Notes: generated by a model not told the origin, from the letters alone. 64,000 nt of DNA from Sinorhizobium sp. (GCA_031178305.1 JAPSJG010000001.1:7830-71829); one strand, 5' to 3'; numbered from the stretch's first letter, positions 40,335 through 50,674 are shown. Made by a program: numbers and translations.

Positions 40335-41113
40335 AGCCCCTCGTATCGGCCGTCAGAGTCGGCAAAAAATTCGGAGACCATCAGGTTCTCTATGATATCA
40401 ATATTGACATCATGCCAGGAGAGGTCGTGTGCATCGTGGGTCCATCTGGCTCCGGCAAGACGACATTCCTGCGCTGCATCAACCAGCTCGAGACGATTGA
40501 GATGGGCGCGCTCTACCTCGACGGGGAGCTGACGGGATACCGCGTCGAGAATGACATCGTCCATCGTCTGACGGACAAGGAAATTGCCCGCCAGCGCCGG
40601 ATCACCGGTATGGTCTTCCAGCGGTTCAATTTGTTCCCGCACATGACCGCATTGGAAAACGTTATGGAAGGGCCGACCAGGGTCCTCAGGCAGAACCGAC
40701 AGGCGGCGCGGGAGATGGCGATGAACCTTCTCGCCCGCGTGGGGCTCGTAGACAAGGCCGACGCGTTCCCGAACAACCTCTCCGGCGGACAGCAGCAGCG
40801 CGTCGCAATCGCCAGAGCGCTTGCCATGCAGCCTCGGCTGATGTTGTTCGACGAACCGACATCAGCGCTCGACGCGGAGCTTGTCGGCGAAGTGCTTGCG
40901 GTTATGCGCGACGTCGCGGCGACGGGAATGACGATGATCATCGTTACGCACGAACTTAACTTTGCCCGTGAGGTCGCGGACAAGGTCGTGTTTATGGCCG
41001 AAGGGCGTGTGGTTGAGACCGGCCCGCCTCATCAGGTTCTGGAGAACCCGCAGCAGGCGCGAACGAAGGCGTTTCTCGCGGCCGTCGTCAGCAAGAAGCA
41101 GGAGGTCGCCTAA
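40331..41113 (+). CDS. Polar amino-acid ABC ATPase
   Basis: [21 protein letters not shown]; ATGA overlap, GGAGG RBS. Confidence 0.92.
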   Translation: MKPLVSAVRVGKKFGDHQVLYDINIDIMPGEVVCIVGPSGSGKTTFLRCINQLETIEMGALYLDGELTGYRVENDIVHRLTDKEIARQRRITGMVFQRFNLFPHMTALENVMEGPTRVLRQNRQAAREMAMNLLARVGLVDKADAFPNNLSGGQQQRVAIARALAMQPRLMLFDEPTSALDAELVGEVLAVMRDVAATGMTMIIVTHELNFAREVADKVVFMAEGRVVETGPPHQVLENPQQARTKAFLAAVVSKKQEVA

Positions 41114-41185
41114 AGGGCGGTCTGAATTATTCAACATTACATCGAAAGGATATGCCGGGGCGTCGCTTCGGCAGACGATGCAGCC

Positions 41186-42430
41186 ATGCCCGCCATCACG
41201 ATCAAACCGGAACGTCTTCTTGCCGACCTGCACCGGCTCCGTGCGTTCGGAGCCTACAAGACCGGCGTCCACCGTCCCACCTATTCGCCGGACGACATGG
41301 CGGCACGCCGCTGGCTGGTGGCGCGTATGCAGGAAGCCGGCCTTTCCGCCCGAATGGACGGGATCGGCAACATAATCGGCCAGAACACGGCGGCGCGGCG
41401 GCTGCTGCTCGTCGGCTCGCATTCCGATACGCAGAATCATGCCGGCTGGCTCGATGGCGCAATGGGCGTCATCTATGGGCTGGAAATCGCCCGGGCGTTC
41501 TTTGAGGCCGGCACGCCCGGCGGCGCGGGCGTGGACGCGGCCGTCTTCGCCGATGAGGAGGCGCATTTTGCAAGTTTCCTCGGCAGCCGCTCGGCGATTG
41601 GCATGCTGGATGAAGCCGAGATCGATAGCGCCAGAAATCTCACGACCGGGGAGATGCTGCGGCAGGCGCTTGCCGGCGCCGGCCTTGCCGGTCTCGAGCG
41701 GCGAACCATCGATCCCTCCCGCTATCTGGGATATCTGGAAGCCCATATCGAGCAAGGCGACGATCTGGAGGCGCGCGGCTTCAACCTCGGCATCGTCACC
41801 AGCATCGTCGGCATCCATCAGTACCGCTTGCGGTTTTCCGGAGTCAGCAATCATGCTGGCACCACCCGGATGGCCATTCGCCGGGACGCGGGCGCGGCGC
41901 TGGTTTCCTTTGCCTACGCGATCAACGAACGATTCCGGCAGCTGGCGGCGGAGCGCACCGTGTGGACGGTGGGTAATATTCGGCTTGCGCCCGGCCAGGT
42001 GAGCATCATCCCAAATCATGCGGAAATGCTGCTGCAGGTGCGCGATGACGACCCGGCGGTGCTTTGCCGGATGCGCGCGGCGCTGGAGCATTTGGTGGCG
42101 GAAACGAGGCAGGCCGGGCCTTGCGCAGTCGAGCTCGAAATTTTGGCGGAGAGCGAGCCGCACCAGATGAGCCGCCATTTCCAGGATGCGCTTGGAAGCG
42201 CCGCGTCCCGCATGGCACCCGGGCAATGGCAGCGGATGCCCAGTGGTGCCGGACATGATGCTCAGATCATCGCACGCGTTATGCCAGCCGCAATGCTCTT
42301 CATTCCAAGCATTGGCGGCATCAGTCACCATGTGGACGAGGATTCCAGTGAAGCGGATATCGTGCTCGGATGTCAGGTCCTGGCCGATGCTTGCCGCCTT
42401 CTTCTCGAAGAGACACGACAGGATAATTGA
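41186..42430 (+). CDS. M20 Zn hydrolase, N-carbamoyl-amino acid hydrolase/allantoate amidohydrolase family
   Basis: GSHSDT, LDG, DEE, HIEQG, NHAGTT, SGAGHD, GISH. Confidence 0.88.
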   Translation: MPAITIKPERLLADLHRLRAFGAYKTGVHRPTYSPDDMAARRWLVARMQEAGLSARMDGIGNIIGQNTAARRLLLVGSHSDTQNHAGWLDGAMGVIYGLEIARAFFEAGTPGGAGVDAAVFADEEAHFASFLGSRSAIGMLDEAEIDSARNLTTGEMLRQALAGAGLAGLERRTIDPSRYLGYLEAHIEQGDDLEARGFNLGIVTSIVGIHQYRLRFSGVSNHAGTTRMAIRRDAGAALVSFAYAINERFRQLAAERTVWTVGNIRLAPGQVSIIPNHAEMLLQVRDDDPAVLCRMRAALEHLVAETRQAGPCAVELEILAESEPHQMSRHFQDALGSAASRMAPGQWQRMPSGAGHDAQIIARVMPAAMLFIPSIGGISHHVDEDSSEADIVLGCQVLADACRLLLEETRQDN

Positions 42431-44038
42431 ATGCAGACCTTTGGCCAGTATATCGTCGAAAGCCTCAAGGAATACGGTGTCGAATGCGTGTTCGGGATAC
42501 CGGGAGTGCATACGATCGAGCTGTACCGGGGGCTGGCGGGCAGCGGCATCCGCCACATCACGCCGCGGCATGAACAGGGGGCAGGGTTCATGGCGGACGG
42601 CTATGCGCGGGTATCGGGCAAGCCGGGCGTCTGTTTCATCATCACCGGCCCGGGTCTCACCAACATCGCGACGGCGATGGGACAGGCCTATGGCGATTCC
42701 ATTCCGATGCTGGTCCTGTCGACGGTCAATTCCGCTGGAGCGCTCGGCTCCGGCGAGGGACATTTGCATGAACTGCCCGACCAGAGCCAGCTGATGCGGC
42801 AGGTCAGCGCCTTCAGCCACACCGTTCATCACCCAGAGGAGTTCGACACCGTGCTCGCCCGGGCTTTCGCCCTGTTCGGGTCGGCGCGTCCGAGACCGGT
42901 TCATATCGAGATCCCGGTCGAGATGCTGTCGCGGCCAGTCAAGCGGACGCAGGCCCAGGCACTGCGCGCCGTGGTCACCCCTCCTGCCGCCGATCCGGAC
43001 GCAGTGGTAGGGGTGGCGGCGCTTCTGGAAGCGGCCCGGCGCCCGCTGATTATCGCCGGCGGTGGCGCTGTCGGTGCGGCCGATGCTATCGGCGCGCTGG
43101 CGGAGCGCCTGCAGGCGCCTGTCTTGATGACCATCAACGGACGGGGAATCCTGCCACCGGCCGACCCACTCGGCCTGTCAATCAGCGCTGCCAGCGCTCC
43201 GGCACTCGACCTGATGGAGGAAGCGGATCTGCTGCTTGCTGTCGGCACGGAGCTGGGGCCGACGGATTTCGACGAAAGCCTGAAGACGCGCCGTCACTTT
43301 GGCGGCAAGCTCATCCGCGTCGACATCGACCCCGAACAGCTGATGCGCTCGCTCCTGCCCGCGCACGGCCTTGCCGGCGATAGCCGCGCGACGGTCGAGG
43401 CGCTTCTCGGCGCGATTGCCCCGGCCGAGCGCCAGGGTTGGGGGGAAGCCGCCGTGCTGAAGGCAAGGCAGGTGCTGTCGCATGCGCTGTCTCCCGCCCA
43501 GTCCTTGCAGATCGCCATGCTGGACACACTGCGGGACAGCCTGCCCGGTGTCGTTCTTGTTGGCGATTCCAACCAGCCGGTCTATGCGGGCTGCACAGGC
43601 TTTGCCGCAGCTGGCCCGCAAAGCTTCTTCACTTCCGCCACCGGCTACGGAACTCTTGGATATGGCCTGCCCGCGGCGCTTGGCGCGCGCGTCGCCGCGC
43701 CGGACCGGCCGGTGGTTGCGATCATGGGGGATGGCGGGCTGCAATTTACCCTTGCGGAGATGGGCAGCGTCACGGAACTCGACGTGCCCCTCATCATGAT
43801 ACTGTGGAACAACCAGGGTTATGGAGAGATCGAGAAGGCCATGATCCGCTCGCAGGTCGAGCCGCTAGGTGTGCGGATCTTCACCCCGGATTTCAAGGCG
43901 ATTGCCGTGGCGTTCGGCTGGGAACATACGACCGCCGGGGACTGCGCGGCGCTGTCCGGGATCGTCAGGGAAGCGGCCGCCGCAGGCCGCCGCCTTGTCA
44001 TCGAAATCGATGAGGCCGGCTTCAAGCCGGTGGGTTGA
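42431..44038 (+). CDS. ThDP-dependent decarboxylase, 5-guanidino-2-oxopentanoate decarboxylase (AruI)-like
   Basis: FGIPGVHTIELYRGL, RHEQGAGFMADGY, TGYGTLGY, GDGGLQF...WNNQGY. Confidence 0.8.
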   Translation: MQTFGQYIVESLKEYGVECVFGIPGVHTIELYRGLAGSGIRHITPRHEQGAGFMADGYARVSGKPGVCFIITGPGLTNIATAMGQAYGDSIPMLVLSTVNSAGALGSGEGHLHELPDQSQLMRQVSAFSHTVHHPEEFDTVLARAFALFGSARPRPVHIEIPVEMLSRPVKRTQAQALRAVVTPPAADPDAVVGVAALLEAARRPLIIAGGGAVGAADAIGALAERLQAPVLMTINGRGILPPADPLGLSISAASAPALDLMEEADLLLAVGTELGPTDFDESLKTRRHFGGKLIRVDIDPEQLMRSLLPAHGLAGDSRATVEALLGAIAPAERQGWGEAAVLKARQVLSHALSPAQSLQIAMLDTLRDSLPGVVLVGDSNQPVYAGCTGFAAAGPQSFFTSATGYGTLGYGLPAALGARVAAPDRPVVAIMGDGGLQFTLAEMGSVTELDVPLIMILWNNQGYGEIEKAMIRSQVEPLGVRIFTPDFKAIAVAFGWEHTTAGDCAALSGIVREAAAAGRRLVIEIDEAGFKPVG

Positions 44039-44803
44039 AGCCCGGAAGCACCGACAGCGCGGTGGGCTCGATCAGTGCGCCCTGACGCCCGGTGACGATG
44101 GAGGCGACATGGGCGGCGTGATGCGCCGCCTCCACCGAACTGCCAAGCGCGGTGAATCGTGCCAGGAAAGCGCCGTTGCGACTGTCCCCCGCACTCGTAG
44201 AATCGACGACGGCGGCAACCGGCACCGTCTCGATCCTGCGGATCGCGCAGTGGTCGCTCATCACGATGCCCTTGCCGCCATTCTTGACGATGATCCGATC
44301 CAAACCAAGTGCTTGATAGCGGGTGATGGTCGCCTGCGGGTCCGGCTCGGCGAAATGGAGCTGTTCGTCGTTGAAGGAAGGCGAGCGTGATGGCGGAAAA
44401 GACGATCGTGCCGGTGCGGCCGCTGGCCTCCTTGAGCCAGGCCGCATCGTCCGCAAGCCCGCGGCGTTCGAGCGCCAGCAGGAGAAGCTGCGCTCGCCCT
44501 TGCCGAGATGAATCATGTGCAGTTAGGGCAGCACATCCTGCAGCCGCCGGATGCCCTGCCGTGCCTATGCCGTTTTGCCCGATGAACCGCTCCATTTCCA
44601 GCGAAAGACGGTCAGTTCCGATCGCCAAGACATAGGCGACTGCCCAACCGGGTGGCGAGAAGAGGCGGCGTAATAGGCGGTGTTCAGGCTTTCGCCGGTG
44701 AAGGAGTGCAAGATGCCGTCATCCCCCCGACTCGTGCCTGAGTTCCACCATGAATTCGCCGATCGACACGCGTGCGCCCTGGCGCGCCCGCGCCCGTCGT
44801 CAT
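44022..44803 (-). pseudogene. Frameshifted 2-keto-3-deoxygluconate kinase (PfkB/KdgK-like)
   Basis: Fragments across frames: SIGEFMVEL; FTGESLNTAYY; AIGTDRLS; PSFNDE...VKNG...VDSTSAGDS. Confidence 0.75.
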
Positions 44804-45726
44804 GACGCCCGCCCGTCAGAGGCGGGATGGACGGTGCGCCAGTGCGAGGCGATGTCGATCCGCCGCGCCACCCAAACGTCTTCCAGCGTGGTGACGTGAT
44901 CCAGAAAGCGCTCGAGATCGGCGGCACGCCCGGGCTTTCCGGCAATCCGGCAGTGCAGGCCCACATTCATCATCTTCGGCTGGGTCCGCCCCTCCTTGCG
45001 CAGGAGGTCGCAAGCCCGGGTCAGGTATGTGGCGAAATCCTGTGCCTGGAGGCCGAAGCCGTTGATATAGCGCCCGTCATTGTTGTCGAGCGTGTAGGGC
45101 ACCACCAGCTGAGGCTCGACATTGTCGCTGACCCAGTATGGAAGGTCATCCGAGAAAGAATCCGAATCGTAGGCAAAGCCGCCGATCTCGGACAAGATAC
45201 GCCGGGTGTTCATGCTCATCCGGCCCGTATACCAGCCCAGCGGCCGCTCGCCGGTGGCTTCCGTGTGGATGCGGATCGCCTCGAGAATCTGCCGGCGCTC
45301 CTCGCCCTCCGGCATGTCGGCATAGTTAATCCATTTCAGACCATGCGAAGCGATTTCCCATCCCGCATCCTTCATGGCGGCGACCGCGGCCGGATTTTTC
45401 CGAAGGGCCGTGGCAATACCGAAGACGGTCACAGGAAAGCCCCGCTCGGTCATCAGTCGGTGCAGCCGCCAGAAACCTGCGCGGCTGCCATACTCGTACT
45501 GAGATTCGACGTTGAGATTGCGCCGTCCTGCGAGCGGCAGTGTCGGCTCCTCCGTGAGAAGGGCCTCCGATCCGCCGTCGCCGTCGAGAATGCAGTTTTC
45601 ACCGCCTTCCTCGTAGTTGATGACGAACTGGATGGCGAGCCGCGCACCGTTCGGCCATTGTGGGTCCGGGGGGCTTCCCGCAAATCCCTGGAGGTTGCGA
45701 TGGGGTTTCAACGCCGATGTTGTCAC
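44800..45726 (-). CDS. puuE: Allantoinase PuuE
   Basis: QFVINYEEGGE, ESQYEYGSRAGFWR, SHGLKW, GWYTGR, PYTLDNND, GLHCR. Confidence 0.82.
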   Translation of the reverse strand: MTTSALKPHRNLQGFAGSPPDPQWPNGARLAIQFVINYEEGGENCILDGDGGSEALLTEEPTLPLAGRRNLNVESQYEYGSRAGFWRLHRLMTERGFPVTVFGIATALRKNPAAVAAMKDAGWEIASHGLKWINYADMPEGEERRQILEAIRIHTEATGERPLGWYTGRMSMNTRRILSEIGGFAYDSDSFSDDLPYWVSDNVEPQLVVPYTLDNNDGRYINGFGLQAQDFATYLTRACDLLRKEGRTQPKMMNVGLHCRIAGKPGRAADLERFLDHVTTLEDVWVARRIDIASHWRTVHPASDGRAS

Positions 45727-45736
45727 AACGATCTCC

Positions 45737-46981
45737 TCAATAGGCCAGACGATAAAGGCCGGCAGAGAGCACTTCGATTCCCGCCACGATGTCCTCTATG
45801 GATGAGAACTCGTCCGGCGTATGGCTGCGCCCGTCCTTGCTGCGCACGAAAATCATCGCCACCTTCGCGATCTTGGCCATCTGCTGCGAATCATGTCCGG
45901 CGCCGCTGGCCATCAGCATGGTGGGTACGCCCTGGGTATCTGCCGCACCCCTGAGCGTAGATACAAGACCCGGATCGGAAGGGCAGGCGGGGTGATCGAT
46001 CATAATCTTCCAGCTGATCTCCAGGTTACGGCGTTTCGCCACCTCCCGCATGAAGGCCTCGTGTGTCTCGTAGAGTTTCTGGCACAGAACCGGGTCCGGG
46101 TGGCGGGCATCGAGCGTGAAGGTGACGCTGTCAGGGATAATGGCCGTTGCATTGGGTTTCACATGCACGCGCCCGACCGTCGATACGGCGGGACGGCCCA
46201 AGCGATGGGCGGTATCGACTACACCTGAGGCGATCTCGGCGAAACCCGCCATCGGATCGCGGCGCAGGTCCATCGGGAAAGCGCCCGCATGGTTCTGTGT
46301 GCCACGCAGTTCGATCTCGTAGTGGCGTATCCCGGTAATCCCGGTCACCACGGCGACCGGGAGGTTCGCATGTTCGAGGATCGGCCCCTGTTCGATGTGC
46401 AGCTCGACGAAACTGTCGATATCCGCGCGCCTGGCCTCCGGAATGAGCGCCGGGTCGAGGCCCACCGCGCGCATGGCGCTGGCGATCGTCTCGCCACCGA
46501 AGCCGATGGTCTTTTCCGGATCGTCGGCCCGGGTGCCGCCGGTGATGGCGCGCGAGCCCCAGAAATTGGCGGAGGGGAAGCGGCTCGATTCCTCTTCACA
46601 GAATGCGATGCATTCCAGTGTGCGCTTTGGCTGGCCGAACTGCTCCTTCAGCGCCTTCAGGGCAATCAGCCCCGCCAGAGCGCCTAGAATCCCGTCATAG
46701 CGCCCGCCCGGCGTCTGCGAATCGATGTGCGAACCGGACACGATGGACTTGCCTGGCTGGCTTCCCTCCAGCTTGCCCCAGACATTGCCGACACTGTCCA
46801 TCCGCGCCTTCAGGCCGGCCTCCTCGCACCGGCGAGCGTAAAGCCGTGTCGCCTCGACCCATTCAGGAGAATAGACCGTGCGGGAAACACCTGTTCCTCC
46901 GTCAGATCCGTGCTCTGCCATTTCGAGGATCAGTCTCTCGACAAAGGCAGGGTCGATAGTGATGCGGGGAGTGGCCGTCAT
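45737..46981 (-). CDS. M20 Zn hydrolase, allantoate amidohydrolase/carbamoylase family
   Basis: GSHIDS, GGRYDG, EEESSRF, HIEQG, NHAG, SGAGHD, RSH. Confidence 0.88.
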   Translation of the reverse strand: MTATPRITIDPAFVERLILEMAEHGSDGGTGVSRTVYSPEWVEATRLYARRCEEAGLKARMDSVGNVWGKLEGSQPGKSIVSGSHIDSQTPGGRYDGILGALAGLIALKALKEQFGQPKRTLECIAFCEEESSRFPSANFWGSRAITGGTRADDPEKTIGFGGETIASAMRAVGLDPALIPEARRADIDSFVELHIEQGPILEHANLPVAVVTGITGIRHYEIELRGTQNHAGAFPMDLRRDPMAGFAEIASGVVDTAHRLGRPAVSTVGRVHVKPNATAIIPDSVTFTLDARHPDPVLCQKLYETHEAFMREVAKRRNLEISWKIMIDHPACPSDPGLVSTLRGAADTQGVPTMLMASGAGHDSQQMAKIAKVAMIFVRSKDGRSHTPDEFSSIEDIVAGIEVLSAGLYRLAY

Positions 46982-47100
46982 GTGTGGCTCCGTTGAAGTG
47001 CAATTGGATGCTCGGCTGCAAATAGGATGGGGTGCCCCGCCTCTACGATGGAAGGAGAGACGGGGCGGGTCGTCCTCGGGAGGAGGAGCCTTGAAAACTG

Positions 47101-47460
47101 TCAGGGCTTAAGCGCGAAGACCTGGATCTCCACCAGTAGACGGGGGTCTGCTAACGGAGCCTCCACGCACGCTCGTGCCGGGGCCGCGCCGGGCGAGACC
47201 CAAGTGTCCCAGACGCCGTTCATCGCGTCGAAATCGGTGCCGTGCTTGAGCCAGATATAGGCATGGGTAAGGGCGTTCTTGCTCGTGCCGGCCTCCGCCA
47301 GCAGCGTGTCAATGCGTTCAAGAATATTCGCAGTCTGTCCGGCGACATCCAAACTCCGGTCGGACGATACCTGTCCTGCAAGCACCACCATGGTGCCGCT
47401 CAGCGGGAACTCGACGATCTGGCTCATGCGGTTACTGCCGTGATGACGGATGATGGGCAT
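47101..47460 (-). CDS. Rid family protein, YoaB-like
   Basis: RMSQ..LAGQV..GQT..MNGVWDTW..PARAC..VEI. Confidence 0.88.
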   Translation of the reverse strand: MPIIRHHGSNRMSQIVEFPLSGTMVVLAGQVSSDRSLDVAGQTANILERIDTLLAEAGTSKNALTHAYIWLKHGTDFDAMNGVWDTWVSPGAAPARACVEAPLADPRLLVEIQVFALKP

Positions 47461-47490
47461 TTTGACGTTCCTGTTGTTGTGGAATTGTGT

Positions 47491-48939
47491 TCAAGAGCGA
47501 ATGGGGAAGACGCGCGGTGACAGGGATTCGACGGAACGGCCAGCCCAGTCGCGCGCAGGCGCGTTGGCGATGACCTCTTGTTGCGCCCTGCGCAACATCT
47601 CGATGTCTTCATCGATCGCGAAGGCCACAAGCTGCCCGTTAGCAACCAGCTTCACCCCGTCGACGTAGACGTCACGGATAGCTCTGTCATTTGCCGAATA
47701 GACCAGGCTCCGCAACGGCTCGTAATCAGGCTGCATGTAGGGATTGGTCATGTCGACTATGGAGAAATCGGCCTTGCAACCGGGGGCCAGGCGCCCGAGA
47801 TCGGGCCTTCTGATGATGTCGGCGCCGCCGGACGTGGCGGCTGTGAAGGCTTCGGCGGTACTCGCGGCGGTAAAGCTTCCAGCGACGATGCGCCCCGCAT
47901 AGCAGGCCATCCGGAGTTCATCGAGCATGTTGTGTGGAAATGTATCGGTACCGATTCCGCAACGGATTCCAGCTTTTCGGTACCGGTGAAGCGTGTTCAT
48001 CGCGATGCCGCGTCGTGCAAACACAACCGGGCAATGGGCGACTTGCGCGCCGCTGTCGCGCAGGAGCGAAAAGTCGTCCGCATGCGGGTAGTGCAGGAAC
48101 GGGTGATCGTTGAGAAAAATGCCATGCCCGACGACGGTATCCTCGCCGAGCGCGCCGATCTTCGCCAGCCAACCGATCGGTGTTTCTCCATATCGCCTCA
48201 CGATTTCCTGAAACTCGATGATGGACTGGGCCGCATGGATCTGGATCGGCTGCCCGCGGTCGCGCGCCGCCGCCAATGCGTCGCGGATTTGGCCCTCGCT
48301 GCAGGTATCAACCTGGGCAGGGGCGATGAAGCCCTGGATGCGGCCGCTGGCATGGCCGGACGCTTCGTCCGCTGCCGCAATCGCCTCGCGAAGCAGGCGG
48401 TCGCCCCGCGCAAAATCCAGATCGTAGCCGACCGAATGCCCGTCCCTGGTGTACCATGGTCCGGACCGGAACATGACCCAGAGCACTGCCCGGATGCCCA
48501 TTTCTGCGTAATCCTCGGCCCATCCCTCCCGCGCTCCCCCGAGATCGCATATCGTGGTCACTCCGCTCTTCAAAAGTTCCGCAACTGCGACCCTGCAAGC
48601 ATGCCGTCCATATTCGGCAGCTACATTGAACACGGGCATGAATTCATAGAGGGAGCTTTGCCCGAGCTTCGAACTGCCGAGCTCCTCCAGCATCCCCTTC
48701 CAGCCCGGTTCGTGCCCCGGGTGGGCGTGGATGTCGACGAAGCCAGGCATGATCATGCGGCGTCGCCCGTCGATCTCTACATCGAAGTGGCCATTATAGG
48801 ACTTGCCGACATGTAGAATACGGTCACCCGCAAATGCCAGATCGCCATTCTTTTCATAAACATGAGAAGAGGCGACGGCATCCCATGCGACCAGCCATTC
48901 GCAGTTCCGAATGACCGTTACAGTCCCGTTTTCGCTCAT
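47491..48939 (-). CDS. Metal-dependent amidohydrolase (AtzA/TrzA/deaminase-like)
   Basis: PGFVDIHAH, ELLKSGVTT, QIHAAQS, GHGIF, HCP, GTD. Confidence 0.88.
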   Translation of the reverse strand: MSENGTVTVIRNCEWLVAWDAVASSHVYEKNGDLAFAGDRILHVGKSYNGHFDVEIDGRRRMIMPGFVDIHAHPGHEPGWKGMLEELGSSKLGQSSLYEFMPVFNVAAEYGRHACRVAVAELLKSGVTTICDLGGAREGWAEDYAEMGIRAVLWVMFRSGPWYTRDGHSVGYDLDFARGDRLLREAIAAADEASGHASGRIQGFIAPAQVDTCSEGQIRDALAAARDRGQPIQIHAAQSIIEFQEIVRRYGETPIGWLAKIGALGEDTVVGHGIFLNDHPFLHYPHADDFSLLRDSGAQVAHCPVVFARRGIAMNTLHRYRKAGIRCGIGTDTFPHNMLDELRMACYAGRIVAGSFTAASTAEAFTAATSGGADIIRRPDLGRLAPGCKADFSIVDMTNPYMQPDYEPLRSLVYSANDRAIRDVYVDGVKLVANGQLVAFAIDEDIEMLRRAQQEVIANAPARDWAGRSVESLSPRVFPIRS

Positions 48940-48946
48940 GTAACTT

Positions 48947-48981
48947 GTTCCGCATAACGAATAATGTTCTTATAAAGGAAC
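48947..48981. promoter_or_regulatory. Tandem IclR-type boxes GTTCCGCATAACGAAT / GTTCTTATAAAGGAAC
   Basis: Two 16-bp GTTC-N8-GAAY boxes 3 bp apart, next to the leftward start codon. Confidence 0.6.
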
Positions 48982-49094
48982 CTACGGGTTTGTTTTGGAT
49001 TGTCAACGGTCCTCCGCAACATCTCACCGGGTTCATCTTTCAGCGGCCGCTCCACAAAAACCGGCTTGACAAGTTCGGCATTCACGGCAACCCT

Positions 49095-49129
49095 GATCCA
49101 CAATAGGAACTTTGTTCTGTATACGGAAC
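49095..49129. promoter_or_regulatory. Tandem IclR-type boxes GATCCACAATAGGAAC / GTTCTGTATACGGAAC
   Basis: Same 16-bp motif, again 3 bp apart, next to the rightward start; TTGACA at 49066-49071. Confidence 0.65.
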
Positions 49130-49133
49130 TACA

Positions 49134-50579
49134 ATGACGCGACCTGATGCAGTAAACAAGATCATTCGCCGTGCCCGTTGCATCGTCATGTGGGACGAGC
49201 AGCACAATGAGCACGTTTACCTCGAAGATGCGGACATCGCCTTCGGCCAGTCCGTCGCCGCGATCGGCAACGATCTGCAGGCAGACGGCGCGGAAGTCAT
49301 CGACGGGCGGGATTTCCTTGTCATGCCCGGTCTGGTCAACATTCATTCTCATCCTGGCGAGGAGCCGCTGAACAAGGGACTCTGGGACGAGGTGGGGAGC
49401 CCCTTGCTCTACAATACCTCGCTCTACGAATATCTGATGGTACTCGACCGCGACCTCGCCGGTACTCGTGCCGCATATCGCGTCGCCTTTGCGGAATTGC
49501 TCAGAAGCGGCGTTACGACGATCTGCGATCTGGCCATCCCCACAGACGGGTGGCTTGACGTGATCGCGTCGACGGGCATCCGTGCCTGTGTCGCGCCCAT
49601 GTTCCGCCAAGCGCGATGGGTAACGGAGAACGGCCACCGGCTGGATTATTCTTGGGATCTTGCGCGGGGGCGCGAAGGCTTCGAGCGGGCGCTGAAAGAA
49701 ATCGCCGCGGCGGCGCGGCATCCCTCCGGCCGCCTCTTCGGTATGATGGCGCCTTCCCAGATCGATACCTGCGACGAAGAGCTGCTGCAGGATGCGCATG
49801 CGGAAGCCGTCCGCCTCGACATTCCCTTCCAGACCCATGCGGGGCAGTCGCTGACCGAGTTTCACGAGATGACGCGCCGGCATGGACTGACGCCAATCGG
49901 CTTCATGAAAAAGATCGGCATCCTGTCTGAGCGTACCATCATCGGGCACGGCATCTTTCTCGATCATCATCCTTGGGTGCATTGGCCGAAGGCCGACGAT
50001 CTCGGCAGTATCGCGAGCGCCGGCGCGACGGTTGCCCATTGTCCGACGGTTTTTGCGCGACGGGGGATCATGCTCGACCATATCGGACTGTACCGGCAGC
50101 GGGGCGTCAACCTCGGTATCGGTACCGATGTCTATCCGAACAACATGCTGGACGAAATGCGGCTTGCGATCTACGCCGGCCGGCTCATGGCTGGCAATCC
50201 TCGGGATGCGACGCTTGCCGATGTTTTCGCCGCCGCCACGGTTGGCGGAGCGAAAGCGCTGCGCCGTCCCGATATCGGCCGCATCGCACCGGGCGCCAAG
50301 GCCGATCTGGTGATGGTGGATTGCCGCGCACCCGTGATGCAGCCCTGCAGGGATCCCTTGCGCTCTCTCGTCTTCTCCGCCTCGGACCGCGCGGTCCGCC
50401 ATGTCTTCGTCGATGGCGACCAGGTCGTGAAGGACGGCGTCGTGCTGACCGTCGACGAGGCGGAAGCGGCAGCAGCCCTTTACGAGGCGCAGTGCCGCGC
50501 CGTCAAAGGCGTCCCGCGCAACGATTGGGCCGGCCGCACCATCGACCAGCTCGCTCCACCCTCGCATCGTTGGGCGTGA
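49134..50579 (+). CDS. Metal-dependent amidohydrolase, paralogue of 47491-48939
   Basis: PGLVNIHSH, ELLRSGVTTICDL, QTHAGQS, GHGIFL, GTD, NMLDE. Confidence 0.88.
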   Translation: MTRPDAVNKIIRRARCIVMWDEQHNEHVYLEDADIAFGQSVAAIGNDLQADGAEVIDGRDFLVMPGLVNIHSHPGEEPLNKGLWDEVGSPLLYNTSLYEYLMVLDRDLAGTRAAYRVAFAELLRSGVTTICDLAIPTDGWLDVIASTGIRACVAPMFRQARWVTENGHRLDYSWDLARGREGFERALKEIAAAARHPSGRLFGMMAPSQIDTCDEELLQDAHAEAVRLDIPFQTHAGQSLTEFHEMTRRHGLTPIGFMKKIGILSERTIIGHGIFLDHHPWVHWPKADDLGSIASAGATVAHCPTVFARRGIMLDHIGLYRQRGVNLGIGTDVYPNNMLDEMRLAIYAGRLMAGNPRDATLADVFAAATVGGAKALRRPDIGRIAPGAKADLVMVDCRAPVMQPCRDPLRSLVFSASDRAVRHVFVDGDQVVKDGVVLTVDEAEAAAALYEAQCRAVKGVPRNDWAGRTIDQLAPPSHRWA

Positions 50580-50674
50580 CCCACCGTCTTGTTGAAAGGA
50601 TGTCTTCTCATGACCATCAACTCCCGCGTCCAGGCTCTGCCGGACAGCGCGCATTACCGTCCGGATCGCTGGTC

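Noticed and set aside
40862-42904. 680-aa - strand ORF
   Set aside because: Antisense shadow spanning three real + strand genes
48936-50654. 572-aa - strand ORF
   Set aside because: Antisense to the amidohydrolase and crosses the promoter region
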